A stretch of 63,576 nucleotides of DNA, filler included, from Octopus bimaculoides (lineage: Eukaryota): the NCBI RefSeq assembly GCF_001194135.2. It is 8 parts of 8 records of this genome, joined end to end, with 100 filler letters (N's around TTAATTAATTAA, not from the genome) between each part and the next. Parts side by side here need not be neighbours in the genome. Positions count along the whole stretch, not along the records: positions 46,234 to 61,030 come from NC_068987.1; positions 61,131 to 63,576 come from NW_026345928.1; 6 more parts are not named here. One strand, 5' to 3'. This document shows, piece by piece, positions 50,016 through 61,837 of this stretch (its first letter is position 1; the number at the start of each line of letters is the position of its first letter). The position numbers were made by a program, and so were the translations under genes. The notes beneath the pieces were generated by a model, which saw only the letters and a list, made by a program, of their open reading frames with translations, ran no database searches and had not been told where the DNA came from.

Positions 50016-50555
50016 NNNNNNNNNNNNNNNNNNNNNNNNNNNNNNNNNNNNNNNNNNNNNNNNNNNNNNNNNNNNNNNNNNNNNNNNNNNNNNNNNNNNN
50101 NNNNNNNNNNNNNNNNNNNNNNNNNNNNNNNNNNNNNNNNNNNNNNNNNNNNNNNNNNNNNNNNNNNNNNNNNNNNNNNNNNNNNNNNNNNNNNNNNNNN
50201 NNNNNNNNNNNNNNNNNNNNNNNNNNNNNNNNNNNNNNNNNNNNNNNNNNNNNNNNNNNNNNNNNNNNNNNNNNNNNNNNNNNNNNNNNNNNNNNNNNNN
50301 NNNNNNNNNNNNNNNNNNNNNNNNNNNNNNNNNNNNNNNNNNNNNNNNNNNNNNNNNNNNNNNNNNNNNNNNNNNNNNNNNNNNNNNNNNNNNNNNNNNN
50401 NNNNNNNNNNNNNNNNNNNNNNNNNNNNNNNNNNNNNNNNNNNNNNNNNNNNNNNNNNNNNNNNNNNNNNNNNNNNNNNNNNNNNNNNNNNNNNNNNNNN
50501 NNNNNNNNNNNNNNNNNNNNNNNNNNNNNNNNNNNNNNNNNNNNNNNNNNNNNNN

Positions 50556-50594
<39 letters not shown>

Positions 50595-51129
50595 ATATGT
50601 TTTTAGATGCTCAGAATTTTTCATTTTTCCAGTTATTCATTTTATAAACGTATAAATTAGCAACAAATGCAGATGAAATAGATTTTGAGAACATCAGTTG
50701 TTCATCTGTTGTTCACAAAACCCATTTATCCATATTTGCCAGAGGGGCCTACCAGTTACTGATACATAATCAAATTTATCTCAAAATGTTTGATCTTTCC
50801 TCATGTAGTTATTTGAAAAATAATCAATTTCCTCTCTTGTAAATTTCAGGAGATTGGCTTCATTTGTTGTTACGATCATTATTGTGTTTTTCTTCTTCTT
50901 GTTGTTGTTGCTGTAGTTGTTGCTATTGATGTTACCATTGGTATTGTATGTTGATATCATTCATCATCTGCATTATTATTATCGCTATTTCCATTATTAA
51001 TAATATCATCATTATTGCTAATACTATAAGCATTATTGTTGTCGAGACTACCGCCGCTGCTACTACTAGTAATAGCAACACCACTACCACCACCACCACC
51101 ACCACCATCACTACTATTACTACTAATAC

Positions 51130-51960
51130 TTGGCAGTGAAATGGCGGAATCGTTAACACGCTGGACAAAATCTTTTCTACTCTAGACACAAGGCCAGGAA
51201 TTTTGTGGAAGGGAGGCCAGTCGATTAGATTGATCCCAGTACGCAACTGGTACTTAATTTATCGACCCCGGAAGGATGAAAGGCAAAGTCGACCTGGGCG
51301 GAATTTGAACTCAGAACGTAAAGACATGAAATACCGCTAAGCATTTCGCCCGGTGTGCTAACGTTTCCGCCAGGTCGCCGTCTTAAAAATATATTCTTTT
51401 CTACTCTAGACACAAGGCCCGAAATTTTGAGGGAGCGGGGCCAGTCGATTAGAATGACTCCAGTACGCAACTGGTACTTAATTTATCGACCCCGAAAGGA
51501 TGAAAGGCAAAGTCGACCGCGGCGGGATTTGAACTCAGACCGTAAAGACAGCTAAGCATTTCACCATGCGTGCTAACGTTTCTTATTTCTTTATTGCTCT
51601 CAAGGGGCTAAATATAGATGGGACAAACAAGGACAGACAAAGGGATTAAGTCGATTACATCGACCCCAGTGCGTAACTGGTACTTAATTTATCGACTCCG
51701 AAAGGATCAAAGGCAAAGTCGACCTCGGCGGAATTTGAACTCAGAGCGTAATGGCAGACGAAATACCGCTAGGCATTTCGCCCGGTGTGCTAATGTTTCT
51801 GCCAGCTCGGCGCCTTAACACGCTGGACAAAATGATTTGAGCAGTTGCTCTGTCTTAACCTTCCGAGTTCATCCTTCCATCCTTTCGGGTTCGATAGAAT
51901 AATAAACAATTAAGAATTGGAATTGATGTAATCAAACTACCCACTATCTCGAAATTGCTT
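51130..51960 (+). mobile_element. Old SINE family B copy interrupted by an antisense SINE trimer
   Basis: The head at 51130-51171 resumes at 51815 after the duplicated 19-mer TTAACACGCTGGACAAAAT. Confidence 0.75.
51172..51814 (-). mobile_element. Trimer of SINE family B flanked by a 19-bp TSD
   Basis: Units at about 51814-51582, 51581-51392 and 51385-51172. TSD at 51153-51171 and 51815-51833. Confidence 0.88.
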
Positions 51961-51969
51961 GGCTTGTGC

Positions 51970-52200
51970 CAAAGCGGCGAGCTGGCAGAATTGTTAGCAC
52001 GCCGCAAACAAATGCTTAGCGGCATTTCGAACGTTCTTCCGTTCGAATTCCGCCGAGGTTGGCTTTGCTTTTTATCCTTTCGGAGTCAATAAATTAAATA
52101 AATTAAACATCAGTTGAACACTGGCGTCGATGTAATAAACTTTTTCCCCACCCACCAAATTCCAGGGCTTGTGCCTATAGTGGAAAAGATTATTATTATC
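51970..52200 (+). mobile_element. SINE family B copy
   Basis: gcggcgagctggcagaattgttagcacgccg...ttcgaattccgccgaggttggctttgc...tagtggaaaagattattatt. Confidence 0.85.
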
Positions 52201-52435
52201 ACTATTATTATTAGGGAAAATCTGTGCTTTATTTTGCTTGGAATCATGGAAATTGTCAGTTGTCCACAGCCAACAGACAAAGATCACGCTAGTTTACTGA
52301 TCATGCTTCAAGAACACTGCGGAGGACTCTTGCAGTTTCAAGCAATGGTAATTTTTGTAGGTGTTCTTTATTCAAATTCGTTTCAATCTTTTTGAACAAT
52401 GATTGTAGTAGGGTACTGATACTTCCTAGAGCCCT
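52190..52435 (-). mobile_element. R4/Dong-clade LINE, extreme 3' fragment (second family)
   Basis: RALGSISTLLQSLFKKIETNLNKEHLQKLPLLETARVLRSVLEA* resembles the R4-clade C-terminus GALG...LQK..LL.TA.ILR.VL. A short UTR follows, then (AAT)n. Confidence 0.62.
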
Positions 52436-52454
52436 ATTGTTATTATAACTATTG

Positions 52455-53105
52455 TTATTCACTTTTAATCTGCATGTCTGTTGCAACCAACCACTCGCCG
52501 AGACACACCTAGCACCCTAGGGCAGGTGAAGGATAAGAGATGTTACAGTATAACTGAAAGCCTGGGGAGAGGAAGTGGCAGGGACAGTAGCGAAATATAT
52601 CCATGTAATACAACAGAGATATTTAAATGGATGGGGGTTTTCTAAAGATGTGGGCAATAGTTGTCAGCACAATCTTTTGGGTTTCTCCAAGACATGGTTC
52701 TCCTGGTATGTTATCTAGATGTTTCTGACATCCCTTTTTTATCATACCTAGGGCACCTACAATAACAGGAACAGTTCTCGTTCTAAGATGCCTCAAATTT
52801 TGCATTTTTCAATTTCCAGTTCCTTATATTTACTTTGTTTGTCAAATTCCTTGACAGATATATTTTTATCAGTGGGAAGACTTACATTTATTAGTGTACA
52901 AGTATTTTCTTCTTTGTCTTTAATAATTATGTCTGGTTGATTAGCCTGGATCATTCAGTCAGCGTTGACTGGAAAATCCCAGGCGATAGTGACATTTTTA
53001 CCTTCAACGGCAGGCTCAGGATGATGTTCATATCAGTGAGCAGGAGTGCCGATTTTGTAGTGTTTACATATATTCCAATGTAAATACTGTTATACCCTAT
53101 CGTGG

Positions 53106-53106
<1 letters not shown>
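52455..53106 (-). mobile_element. 5'-truncated R4/Dong-clade non-LTR retrotransposon (end of CCHC and restriction-like endonuclease), degenerate
   Basis: HDRV*QYLHWNICKHY...WDFPV...NQPDIIIKDKEENTCTLINVSLPTDKNISVKEFDKQSKYKEL...LRTRTVPVIVGALGMIKK...QKIVLTTIAHIFRK shows the PD...(D)...EK..KY REL motif. The 5' junction lies in (AAT)n. Confidence 0.85.
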
Positions 53107-53152
<46 letters not shown>

Positions 53153-53371
53153 GTTATTATTATTATCATCATCATCATCTTCTTTCAATTCTATTTCCAT
53201 TACTTATTGAGTGTCTTCCTGACAACTAGGGTAGCGAAACTCACTTTATACATTGGTAGGCCATTAAAATAAACACATCTGTTTGTTCATTTATAAACTC
53301 ATGTGATAGAGAAAGAGAGTAAGAAAGACAGAGAGAAAAAGGAAAAAATTAAAAAAATTAGAAAGTAAACA

Positions 53372-53875
53372 GGTGTAGTTGTGTGGTAAGAAGCTTGCTT
53401 CCCAACCATATGCTTCTGGGTTCAGTTCCACTGCGTGGTACCTTGGGCAAGTATTCTACTATAGCCTCAAGCCGACCAAAGCCTTGTGAGTGAATTTGCT
53501 TGACAGAAACTGAAAGAAGCCCGTCATATATATATATATATATATATATANNNNNNNNNNNNNNNNNNNNNNNNNNNNNNNNNNNNNNNNNNNNNNNNNN
53601 NNNNNNNNNNNNNNNNNNNNNNNNNNNNNNNNNNNNNNNNNNNNNNNNNNNNTATGTTTGTGTGTCTGTGTTTGTCCCCCAACATCGCTTGACAACCGTT
53701 GCTGGAGTGTTTACGTCGCCGTAACTTAGTCGTTCGGCAAAAGAGACCGATAGAATAAGTACTAGGCTTACAAAGAATAGGTCCTGGGGTCGATTTGTTC
53801 GACTAAAAGCGGTGTTCCAGCATGGCCGTGGTCGAATGACTGAAACAAATAAAAGAAAGAAGAATAAAAGAAAAT
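53372..53875 (+). mobile_element. SINE family A copy (central microsatellite partly gapped)
   Basis: Canonical head, body and tail. Confidence 0.88.
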
Positions 53876-54314
53876 AAATGATAGAAAGGAAAGAAAATTC
53901 ACTACGACAATTCTCTTCTAATGTATGTGTGATGTACCAGTTTAGACAATCTGTTGCACTTCCTGCACGTATGGTAAGCCAGAGATCATTCAGAAATAAT
54001 TTTCAGTTCCTGCTTTGATCATTCAAAGTGCTCCTAGAATCACAGGTATTGTAACCCTCTTGAAGTGCCACATATTTTCGATTTCTATTATTTTCTGGAT
54101 TTATCCAATTCTTTTGCCGAAATATTATGGTCACAGAGTATGTTCGTGTCAATCAATAAACAAACTTTATTGTTTTGGTCTATCACAATAATATCTTGTT
54201 TAATTGCCTTGACACTCTGGTCCCTACATATTGGAAAGTCCCCAAAGAATCGTTACATTTTCTCCCTCAGCTACAAATTATTTGCTCTCCTTCATAACAG
54301 AATGAAGCTTCTTA

Positions 54315-54389
<75 letters not shown>

Positions 54390-54744
54390 CATTATTATTA
54401 TTCATCTATTTTCATTACAGATTATTTTATATTTGTATAATTTCTCTAGTTCTTATAGTGATGCATTGTGGTCTGTAGGGACTGAAGATTTAATTAGCTG
54501 TCAGTCCTTTTCGTGTTAGCCTTTGTCTACAATAACAGACTAATTAGCGTTGGTCTTACTGTTTGTATGAATTTATCGTCTGCTGTCATTAGTTACCGAA
54601 TGCAACTCCGTGTACATGGAATATATGTAGTGTATTATTTTGGTTTTATATTGACTATTTCATTTATATTTTACACACACACACATACACACACACACAT
54701 ACCCACACCCACACCCACATCCACACACATACATGAGGGACGAC

Positions 54745-55045
54745 AGGTACAAACTTGAATATAAGGCAATATCTGAAGAAACTGCAGATCAATGTGGTGA
54801 ACGGGGAAGAGCTATTTTTGGAAAGAGTTGAGTGGAGGAAACATATAAGACGAGGTTGTGAAACTTTCAAAGACGGCCGCCTTGAGGACGATAGGCTAAA
54901 GGGAAGGCTTCCGAAGGGCTGTCATCAGAACTTCGATGAGAGCATAAAGCGTTAGAGGTGTGGAACGTCTGGCCATGCTCTTTCTACGTCTTTCTAAGGA
55001 TGGCCATGCCAGCCATTTTAAGTTGCATGAAAGACCAATTCTATG
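54745..55045 (+). pseudogene. RTE-clade LINE ORF2 C-terminal fragment
   Basis: IRQYLKKLQINVVNGEELFLERVEWRKHIRRGCETFKDGRLEDDRLKGRL..G and RLSKDGHASHFKLHER resemble the RTE 'W..LA.DR..WR..V..G...FE..R' motif plus a terminal C2H2-like remnant. Confidence 0.7.
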
Positions 55046-55202
55046 CAATGTCCTTCCCGCTAGAACCAGAAGATTCAACTTATGCAGTAAAAGTTTGCTT
55101 ATACATGTATGTATGTGTGTATGTATGCATGTATGTATGTATAAATTATATTTTCATACATACGTGTACACATATACACATACGTCTTTGTATATATACA
55201 TG

Positions 55203-55243
<41 letters not shown>

Positions 55244-55268
55244 GTCTGTCTGTCTGTCTGTCTGTCTG

Positions 55269-55342
<74 letters not shown>

Positions 55343-55687
55343 TTACCGAATTAATTAAGCAGGAAATGATCGTTGCAATAATTAATAACCGGTGTTGTGT
55401 CTCACTAGGAGTTTAAAGTTTCAGCAAAGGTATAGCAATAGAGAGCATCAGTTAACATTTCAGGTTCATGTTTTTACGTCGAATATTATCATATGTGACG
55501 GCGATCCTAGTATCAAGCAAGTCTATCGTGAAGATCGAATCAGTCCAGTGTGCGTATGCTTTACTTCAGCTGAAAGAAATAGTATGTTAGCGGTCGACAT
55601 GAAGTTGGTGATATCAAAATGCCAAAAACTGCGTGGAGCAGACATCAGAGCATCTCAGGGAATACTGTTATAAGTTTATCGCAGTTT

Positions 55688-56035
55688 CTCACAGATTTAC
55701 AGAAACGTGGAAGAGCAGCCACTATGTCACCAGGAAATTTAAATGCATCAACTCTCTGTAATGCTACACGATTAGCTGTTAAAAATCACGCCTCGTGCGA
55801 TCGAAGCCTCGATTAATAGAGGATGTGCAAAGAGCGATGTTTTCATTCCTCCACACTTTTCCTCCATGCAAAGAAGATATTGTTTCAGTTTAGGCGCCAC
55901 TAGTTTCCAGTGACACTGATCGTTTCTATGAAAATCAACAAGTCTCAGGGACAGAACTTTATTGTTGCTAAATTTGTAGCAACATATTCTTATTTCTCTT
56001 ATGGTGAGTTCCATGACGCTTGCACAAGTTTTCGG
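55688..56035 (+). pseudogene. Helitron RepHel PIF1-like helicase C-terminal fragment (frameshifted)
   Basis: GNLNASTLCNATRLAVK / PRAIEASINRGCAKSDVFIP / LFQFRRH*FPVTLIVSMKINKSQGQ (55928-55954)...YFSYGEFHDACTS matches Helitron RNL...LCNGTRL...IEA.I..G...VFIPRI...FKRLQFP...AMTINKSQGQ...FSHGQLYVA.SR. Confidence 0.85.
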
Positions 56036-56499
56036 GCTTGCGAGCCTCTTTTCTGAACCGTACCAAACTGCACAGTAAGAAATGTTGTCTATCCCATAAC
56101 ACTTATCGAATAAAACACAATTCTGTTTCAATTGTCTCTGTATTATGTTTTGCGCAACATTTTAATATTAAAGAAAATGAACCAAGAGAAACACAAGGAT
56201 AAAATTTTCTTACTACAGAAATGAAAACTATATATAAACAGTCTTAAAAACTCTACAGATTATAGAAGCCTGAAAAGAAAAAAAAATCAAATTTAGGCAT
56301 GTATCTGCATCGCAATAAAGATGTGTGCAAGAACCATTTAATTTATAAAAATAAAAAGACAGGAAAATGATAAAGTATGAATGAAAACAAGCCCGATGAC
56401 CACGCTTAGAATGCCTTCGCCCATAGGTCTGAAGGTTTTAAACGTCTACACCATTAACCCTAACACCACTAGCATCCTTCCAGTGGTGATATCAGAGGT

Positions 56500-57460
56500 A
56501 TATAAAAAGCAAACAGGGTAGAAATAGCAACCTAATCTCTTTTAAAAATCACACCTCTATCATCCTAGATAATGTAATACTGGATTTCCTGTACGGAGAA
56601 GGATCACGCTTGCTTGATCTGAACTAAACAAACAGCCAACCAAAATCACAAGATATGGTCGGCTGACATGCTTGAAAAAGCAGCCTAAACTGCCCTAAAC
56701 AATTCCCTACTGTCTTAGGTTGTGTGATGCTTGATTCCTTGACAGAGGGGAAATTGAATCACGTAGGTTTTGATCAGGGCCTACCTGGGACTATCAAGAT
56801 ACCGACAGAAACAGCAAGCAATGGTCATCTGACATGCTTGAAATAGTAACCAAATCCCATTCAAAGCCCACTCTACTCATGTAGGTAATTTGATATTAGG
56901 TTCTCTGAAGTTTGGAAAAATAAAAAGGACTTTTTGACAGTTAGACCAGAGCTAAACTACATCCGTAACAGCAACGGAAAGCTAACAGACAAGGCTGTAC
57001 GTGGACGCATGAAACGCTAGAAATAATAGCCAGGTCACCTTTAAAGCACACAGCGCTGTTTCAGGTACCGTGAGGCTCAGTTCTTTATATATAGGGAGAA
57101 AAGAGACGATGACGTGTATCTACATGAACCTTGGGCTAAATAGCAATATTAACAACAAATAAAAGCTAGCAAAGGAAGCTGTTGGTGGTCATTCATCATT
57201 CTCGAGATAGTAGCCAAATCTTCCTCAAAACACAACCTATTTATAAGCAACGTGATACTGAGGCCCCTTTGCATATGAGAGAGAAAGGGTCACATGTTTG
57301 TTTGAACAGAAGTACAACCGAGGTTAAACACCAACGGCAACACCTGCAACAAGTCTAGTGATGGAGGCTCTACCTGTCCGTACAAAATGTTCCCAAGAGC
57401 AGCTAAATCTCGCTCAAATCATGTCTTAGCGTCCTTAAAAAATAAATGGAAGTATAATGT
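56500..57460 (+). repeat. Highly diverged tandem array, about 6 units of 150-190 bp
   Basis: A recurring GCTAGAAATAGCAGCCAAATCT.CCTCAAA.CACAC-like box at about 56518, 56668, 56837, 57016, 57202 and 57393. Confidence 0.6.
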
Positions 57461-57799
57461 ATAATGTACATGGGGGTTTGTTAATAGAAAATAAAAAGAA
57501 GGGATGATCATGGCTAGAATGTCTTTAATTATACGTCTGCTATGTCAGAAATTACAACAACAGAAGGGAGAGATAGAAATGTGAAGAACGAACCGCGCAA
57601 TGAAAGAATTCGCAGAATTGACATCACCAGCGCTAGCGACAACAATAACAATAACAATGACCAGAAGAAGAAACAGCAGCAACAACAGCAATAGCAACAG
57701 TTGCAACAATAGGAAAAGCAACACCACCAACAACAAAGGTAATAAACGCAGCATCACCAGTGATAACATAACAAGAAAATCAGCAATGACCAAGGCAAA

Positions 57800-58720
57800 A
57801 AGAAGAAAACAATGAAGTGGAGGAAAAGAAGAAGAAGAAGAAAACAATGAGGAGTATAAGATAATGATGACGATAATGATGATGATGATAAAGAAGAATA
57901 AGTAAGCAATGAGAAAGAGAAGAAAAAGATAAAGAAAAGAAGAAAAAGAAAAAGATAATAATGAGAAGGGGAATAATAATAAGAAAAAGAAGAAGAAGAA
58001 GAAGACGAAGAAGAAGAAAGCAATGAGAGGGAGAAGAAAAAAGATAAAGAAAAGAAGAAAAAGAAAAAAGATGACAATGAGAAAGAGAAGAATAAGATAA
58101 AGAAAAGAAGAAGGAGAAGCAGAAGAAGAAGAAGAAGAAGAAGAAGAAGAAGAAGAAGAAGAAAAAAGCAATNNNNNNNNNNGGGAGAAGAAAAAGATAA
58201 AGAAAAGAAGAAAAAGAAAAAAGATGACAATGAGAAAGAGAAGAATAAGATAAAGAAAAGAAGAAGGAGAAGCAGAAGAAGAAGAAGAAGAAGAAGAAGA
58301 AGAAGAAGAAGAAGAAAAAAGCAATGAGAGGGAGAAGAATAAGATAAAGAAAAGAAGAAAAAGAAAAAAGATGACAATGAGAAAGAGAAGAAGAAGATAA
58401 AGAAAAGCGGAAGAAGAGGAGGAGGAGAAGAAGAAGAAGAAGAAGAAGAAGAAGAAGAAAGCAATGAGAGGGAGAAGAAAAAGATAAAGAAAAGAAGAAA
58501 AAGAAAAGATGACAATAAGGAGAAGAATAAGATGAGGAAGAAGAAAAAAGAAGAAGAAGAAGAAGAATAAGAAGAAGAAGAAGAAAGCAATGAGAGGGAG
58601 AAGAAAAAGATAAAGAAAAGAAGAAAAAGAAAAGATGACGATAAGGAGAAGAATAAGATGAGGAAGAAGAAAAAAGAAGAAGATGAAGAAGAAGAAGGCG
58701 GAGGAGGAGGTGGAGAGCTA
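57800..58720 (+). repeat. Polypurine (GAA-rich) higher-order tandem repeat
   Basis: Units begin GCAATGAGAGGGAGAAG at about 58020, 58149, 58321, 58460 and 58587, each with a variable (GAA)n block. Confidence 0.9.
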
Positions 58721-58799
58721 GAAACGTTAGCAAACATACCAATAAAGAAAAAAAAACAGAGCAAAGAGGGTAATGATAATAATGTGAGTGTAAGACCAT

Positions 58800-59590
58800 C
58801 AGGTTTATTTACAACGACAACAAGAACAACAACAACAGCAATCGAAACAGTAGTAGGAAACACGAACTACAACATCAACATGAACAACAAAAACAACAAA
58901 AAAAAAACAACAAAACAATTGCGACAATTTCAGCGTTAACAGCAACAACATCAACTGCAGCATTAACATCAAGAAGTGTAAAGATAACCAACAACAAACA
59001 AAAATATGGATATCTACAGCAACAAAAACAACTACCACTACCACTACTACTACTACAACTAATACTACTACTGCTGCTGCTGCTGCGGCCACCACCACCA
59101 CCACCACAACCACCATCACAACCGCCGCCGCTACCAACAAAACTACCTTCAGCACTACCCCCACCACTACCACCATTGCAACTACCAGTATCACTACAGC
59201 CACTACTATTACTGTTATCAACATCATCACCACAATTACGACGACTACCACTACCACCAACACTACTACTATTACTACTACTGCTACTGCTGCTGCAGCT
59301 GCAAAATATAAACAACGACAGCATGTACAATCGAAATCACCGCTGCAACAGAAGGAAAGGTAACAACCGCAGCAGCAGCAACAGCAACACAACGGCAACA
59401 ATAACAACAACAAAAAAAGGTAATACAGATAGCTACAAGAATTCCTCCACCATCACCACCACCACCACCACCACCACCACCGTCCTCACGTTTGCTATCA
59501 ACAAATTGCCAATATCATTACCACCACAACCACCAACATCAACAATAACACCGCCACCACCACCACCACCACCACCAGCAACAAGGGTAA
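58800..59590. repeat. Degenerate compound trinucleotide tract (CAA/CTA/CAC/CAG)
   Basis: Direct reading. Confidence 0.88.
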
Positions 59591-59873
59591 AAACCAACAA
59601 AGTTTGTCATAGACATTCCTAGCACTGGAGTCTGCTAATGCTACGTAGTGGCAATAGTTCTACTACCAATTCTATGTTGTTCTATGTTGCACCATACTAC
59701 AACACCTGCATACTAATTCTGTCAATAAATATTTCGTTATTTTCCGTAGCCAGATACATCCACACGCGCACTCGTGTGCGCGTGTGGATGTATATAATCT
59801 TCGTACACACACACGCACACACACAAACACTCATGCACGTATATATATGCACATAGCACAAACACACATATGT

Positions 59874-59972
<99 letters not shown>

Positions 59973-60981
59973 CCACACACACAGAGACACACACACTTAG
60001 ATATGCAACAGTTAATTTTCTTTATATCTACTTTCGAGTCGTATTTGGGTTTGTTTCAGCTTTTGCACGGGCGTTACAATAAACCTATACATACATACAT
60101 ACATACATACATACATGCGTACATACATACATACATGCATACATACATGCATGCATACATAGCTGCATGCATACGTACATACATACATGCATACAAACAT
60201 ATATACAAACATACGTACATACATGGGTATGTGTATATGTACGTTTTTGTATTCTAATGTACATTTATGCATGTGCGTGTATGTGTATGTGTGCCTACAC
60301 ATATATATGTATATATATATAGTGTGAGAGAGAGAAAGAGAGACAAAGAGAGAGAGATAGAGAAAGAGAGATGTGTGTATATGTATGTTCGCGCTTGTAC
60401 ATATATATTTATGGACAGAGAAGTTCTGAGGGTTGTATAAATCTATACTTAGATAGACAGAGACATAGACAATGACACACATGCAGGTACACATTTATAT
60501 GACATACAAAAACACACATATAGACAAGATAAGTAGAGAAATGGACATTTAGAAAATTAGATAAATAACATAGAATCTTATATAGAAATACTAACGAATT
60601 TTACGAGCGTGTTTAAAGTAATCATACAATTAGCGCTCGTCAGCGTTCGGTCAAAAATTGCCTTATGACAGAGTGTATAGTAGCATACGAGAATGGATAG
60701 CTTATGCTAATCCAGACACATAGGATATGTGGGCTTAAGAACGTGTATTTTTAGTAAACACACATAGCACAGCTGTGACCAGCTGTCGTCTTCGTTAAAC
60801 CACAGTACTTCTGTGTGTGTGTAGTCAAATATAAGACGGGTTTAACTAGTTTCAATATTTATTAACACCTTATCAGAGATCGGTTGCTCTCTGCCTGACC
60901 TAAGGAAGAACAGCGGTTTGATTTAGCATTTCGGCTTTCTGCCTGCATGTATGTGCTTGCGCGTGTATGCATTTATCTACG

Positions 60982-61030
<49 letters not shown>

Positions 61031-61130
61031 NNNNNNNNNNNNNNNNNNNNNNNNNNNNNNNNNNNNNNNNNNNNTTAATTAATTAANNNNNNNNNNNNNN
61101 NNNNNNNNNNNNNNNNNNNNNNNNNNNNNN
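61031..61130. other. Artificial 100-nt assembly join spacer
   Basis: N44-TTAATTAATTAA-N44. Confidence 0.97.
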
Positions 61131-61837
61131 AGGGGGCATCCCTGACGGACCGAACGTGCAATGTCGAAGGGTCTCGATAGCTGTCCATTTATACGAATTA
61201 CTGAGCGGGTGCCTCTGTACAAAACAGCTATCCAGTCGCGGAAGACGGGACCGAAACCAGCTACTATGAGGGCAGCCTCCAAGAATCGATGGTCTACTCT
61301 ATCGAAAGCTTTGGATTGATCCAAATTGATCAGGGCCCCACTCATTCCAGGCTCCATAACTACCCTGTCTATGATGTAGCGCATCAGATGGAGGTTGTCA
61401 TGGATGCTTCGGCCAGGCACGGCGCACGTTTGCACTTTGTCGACCAGTTTCTCGATGACTAGCGCCAACCTCTTGTCAAGCAGTTTGGCGAAAATTTTCA
61501 AGTCTGCATTGGACAGGGTGATGGGCCTAAAGTTATCTATTACGTCCCCCTTGTTTGGGTGTTTCTTTGGCTCGAGTAATTAGTGTCCCTGTTCATCTAC
61601 CAGAGACCGAATGGCGGCTTTGTTGCCTTGTTGCGCCTCTGAGAGCCGAGCCTCTTGCGCGGCTCCAACAACTTCGTTCCTTAGAGCACGCATCCTAGCC
61701 CTGACAACACACCCTTCGTGTTTGGCGTTGAAGTGTTGGTCGAGGGCCAGCCTCGCCGCCAAAACGTCGGATACGATGCCACTTCTAATCGCCTCTTCTT
61801 AACTAGGCCACCCTCTAATCTGTTTCCTTCTATGGCT
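61131..61837 (-). pseudogene. Tx1/L1-clade LINE ORF2 fragment (linker and RT domains 0-4) with internal deletion
   Basis: GCVVRARM...IRSLVDEQGH*LLEPKKHPNKGDVIDNFRPITLSNADLKIFAKLL...QTCAVPGRSIHDNL...LINLDQSKAFDRVDH...SVRQGCP contains the classic RPI.L, KAFDRV and RQGCP motifs. Confidence 0.92.

Noticed and set aside
57545-59622. Long poly-F/S/L or K/E-rich ORFs
   Set aside because: Low-complexity repeat translations with no splice or domain support.
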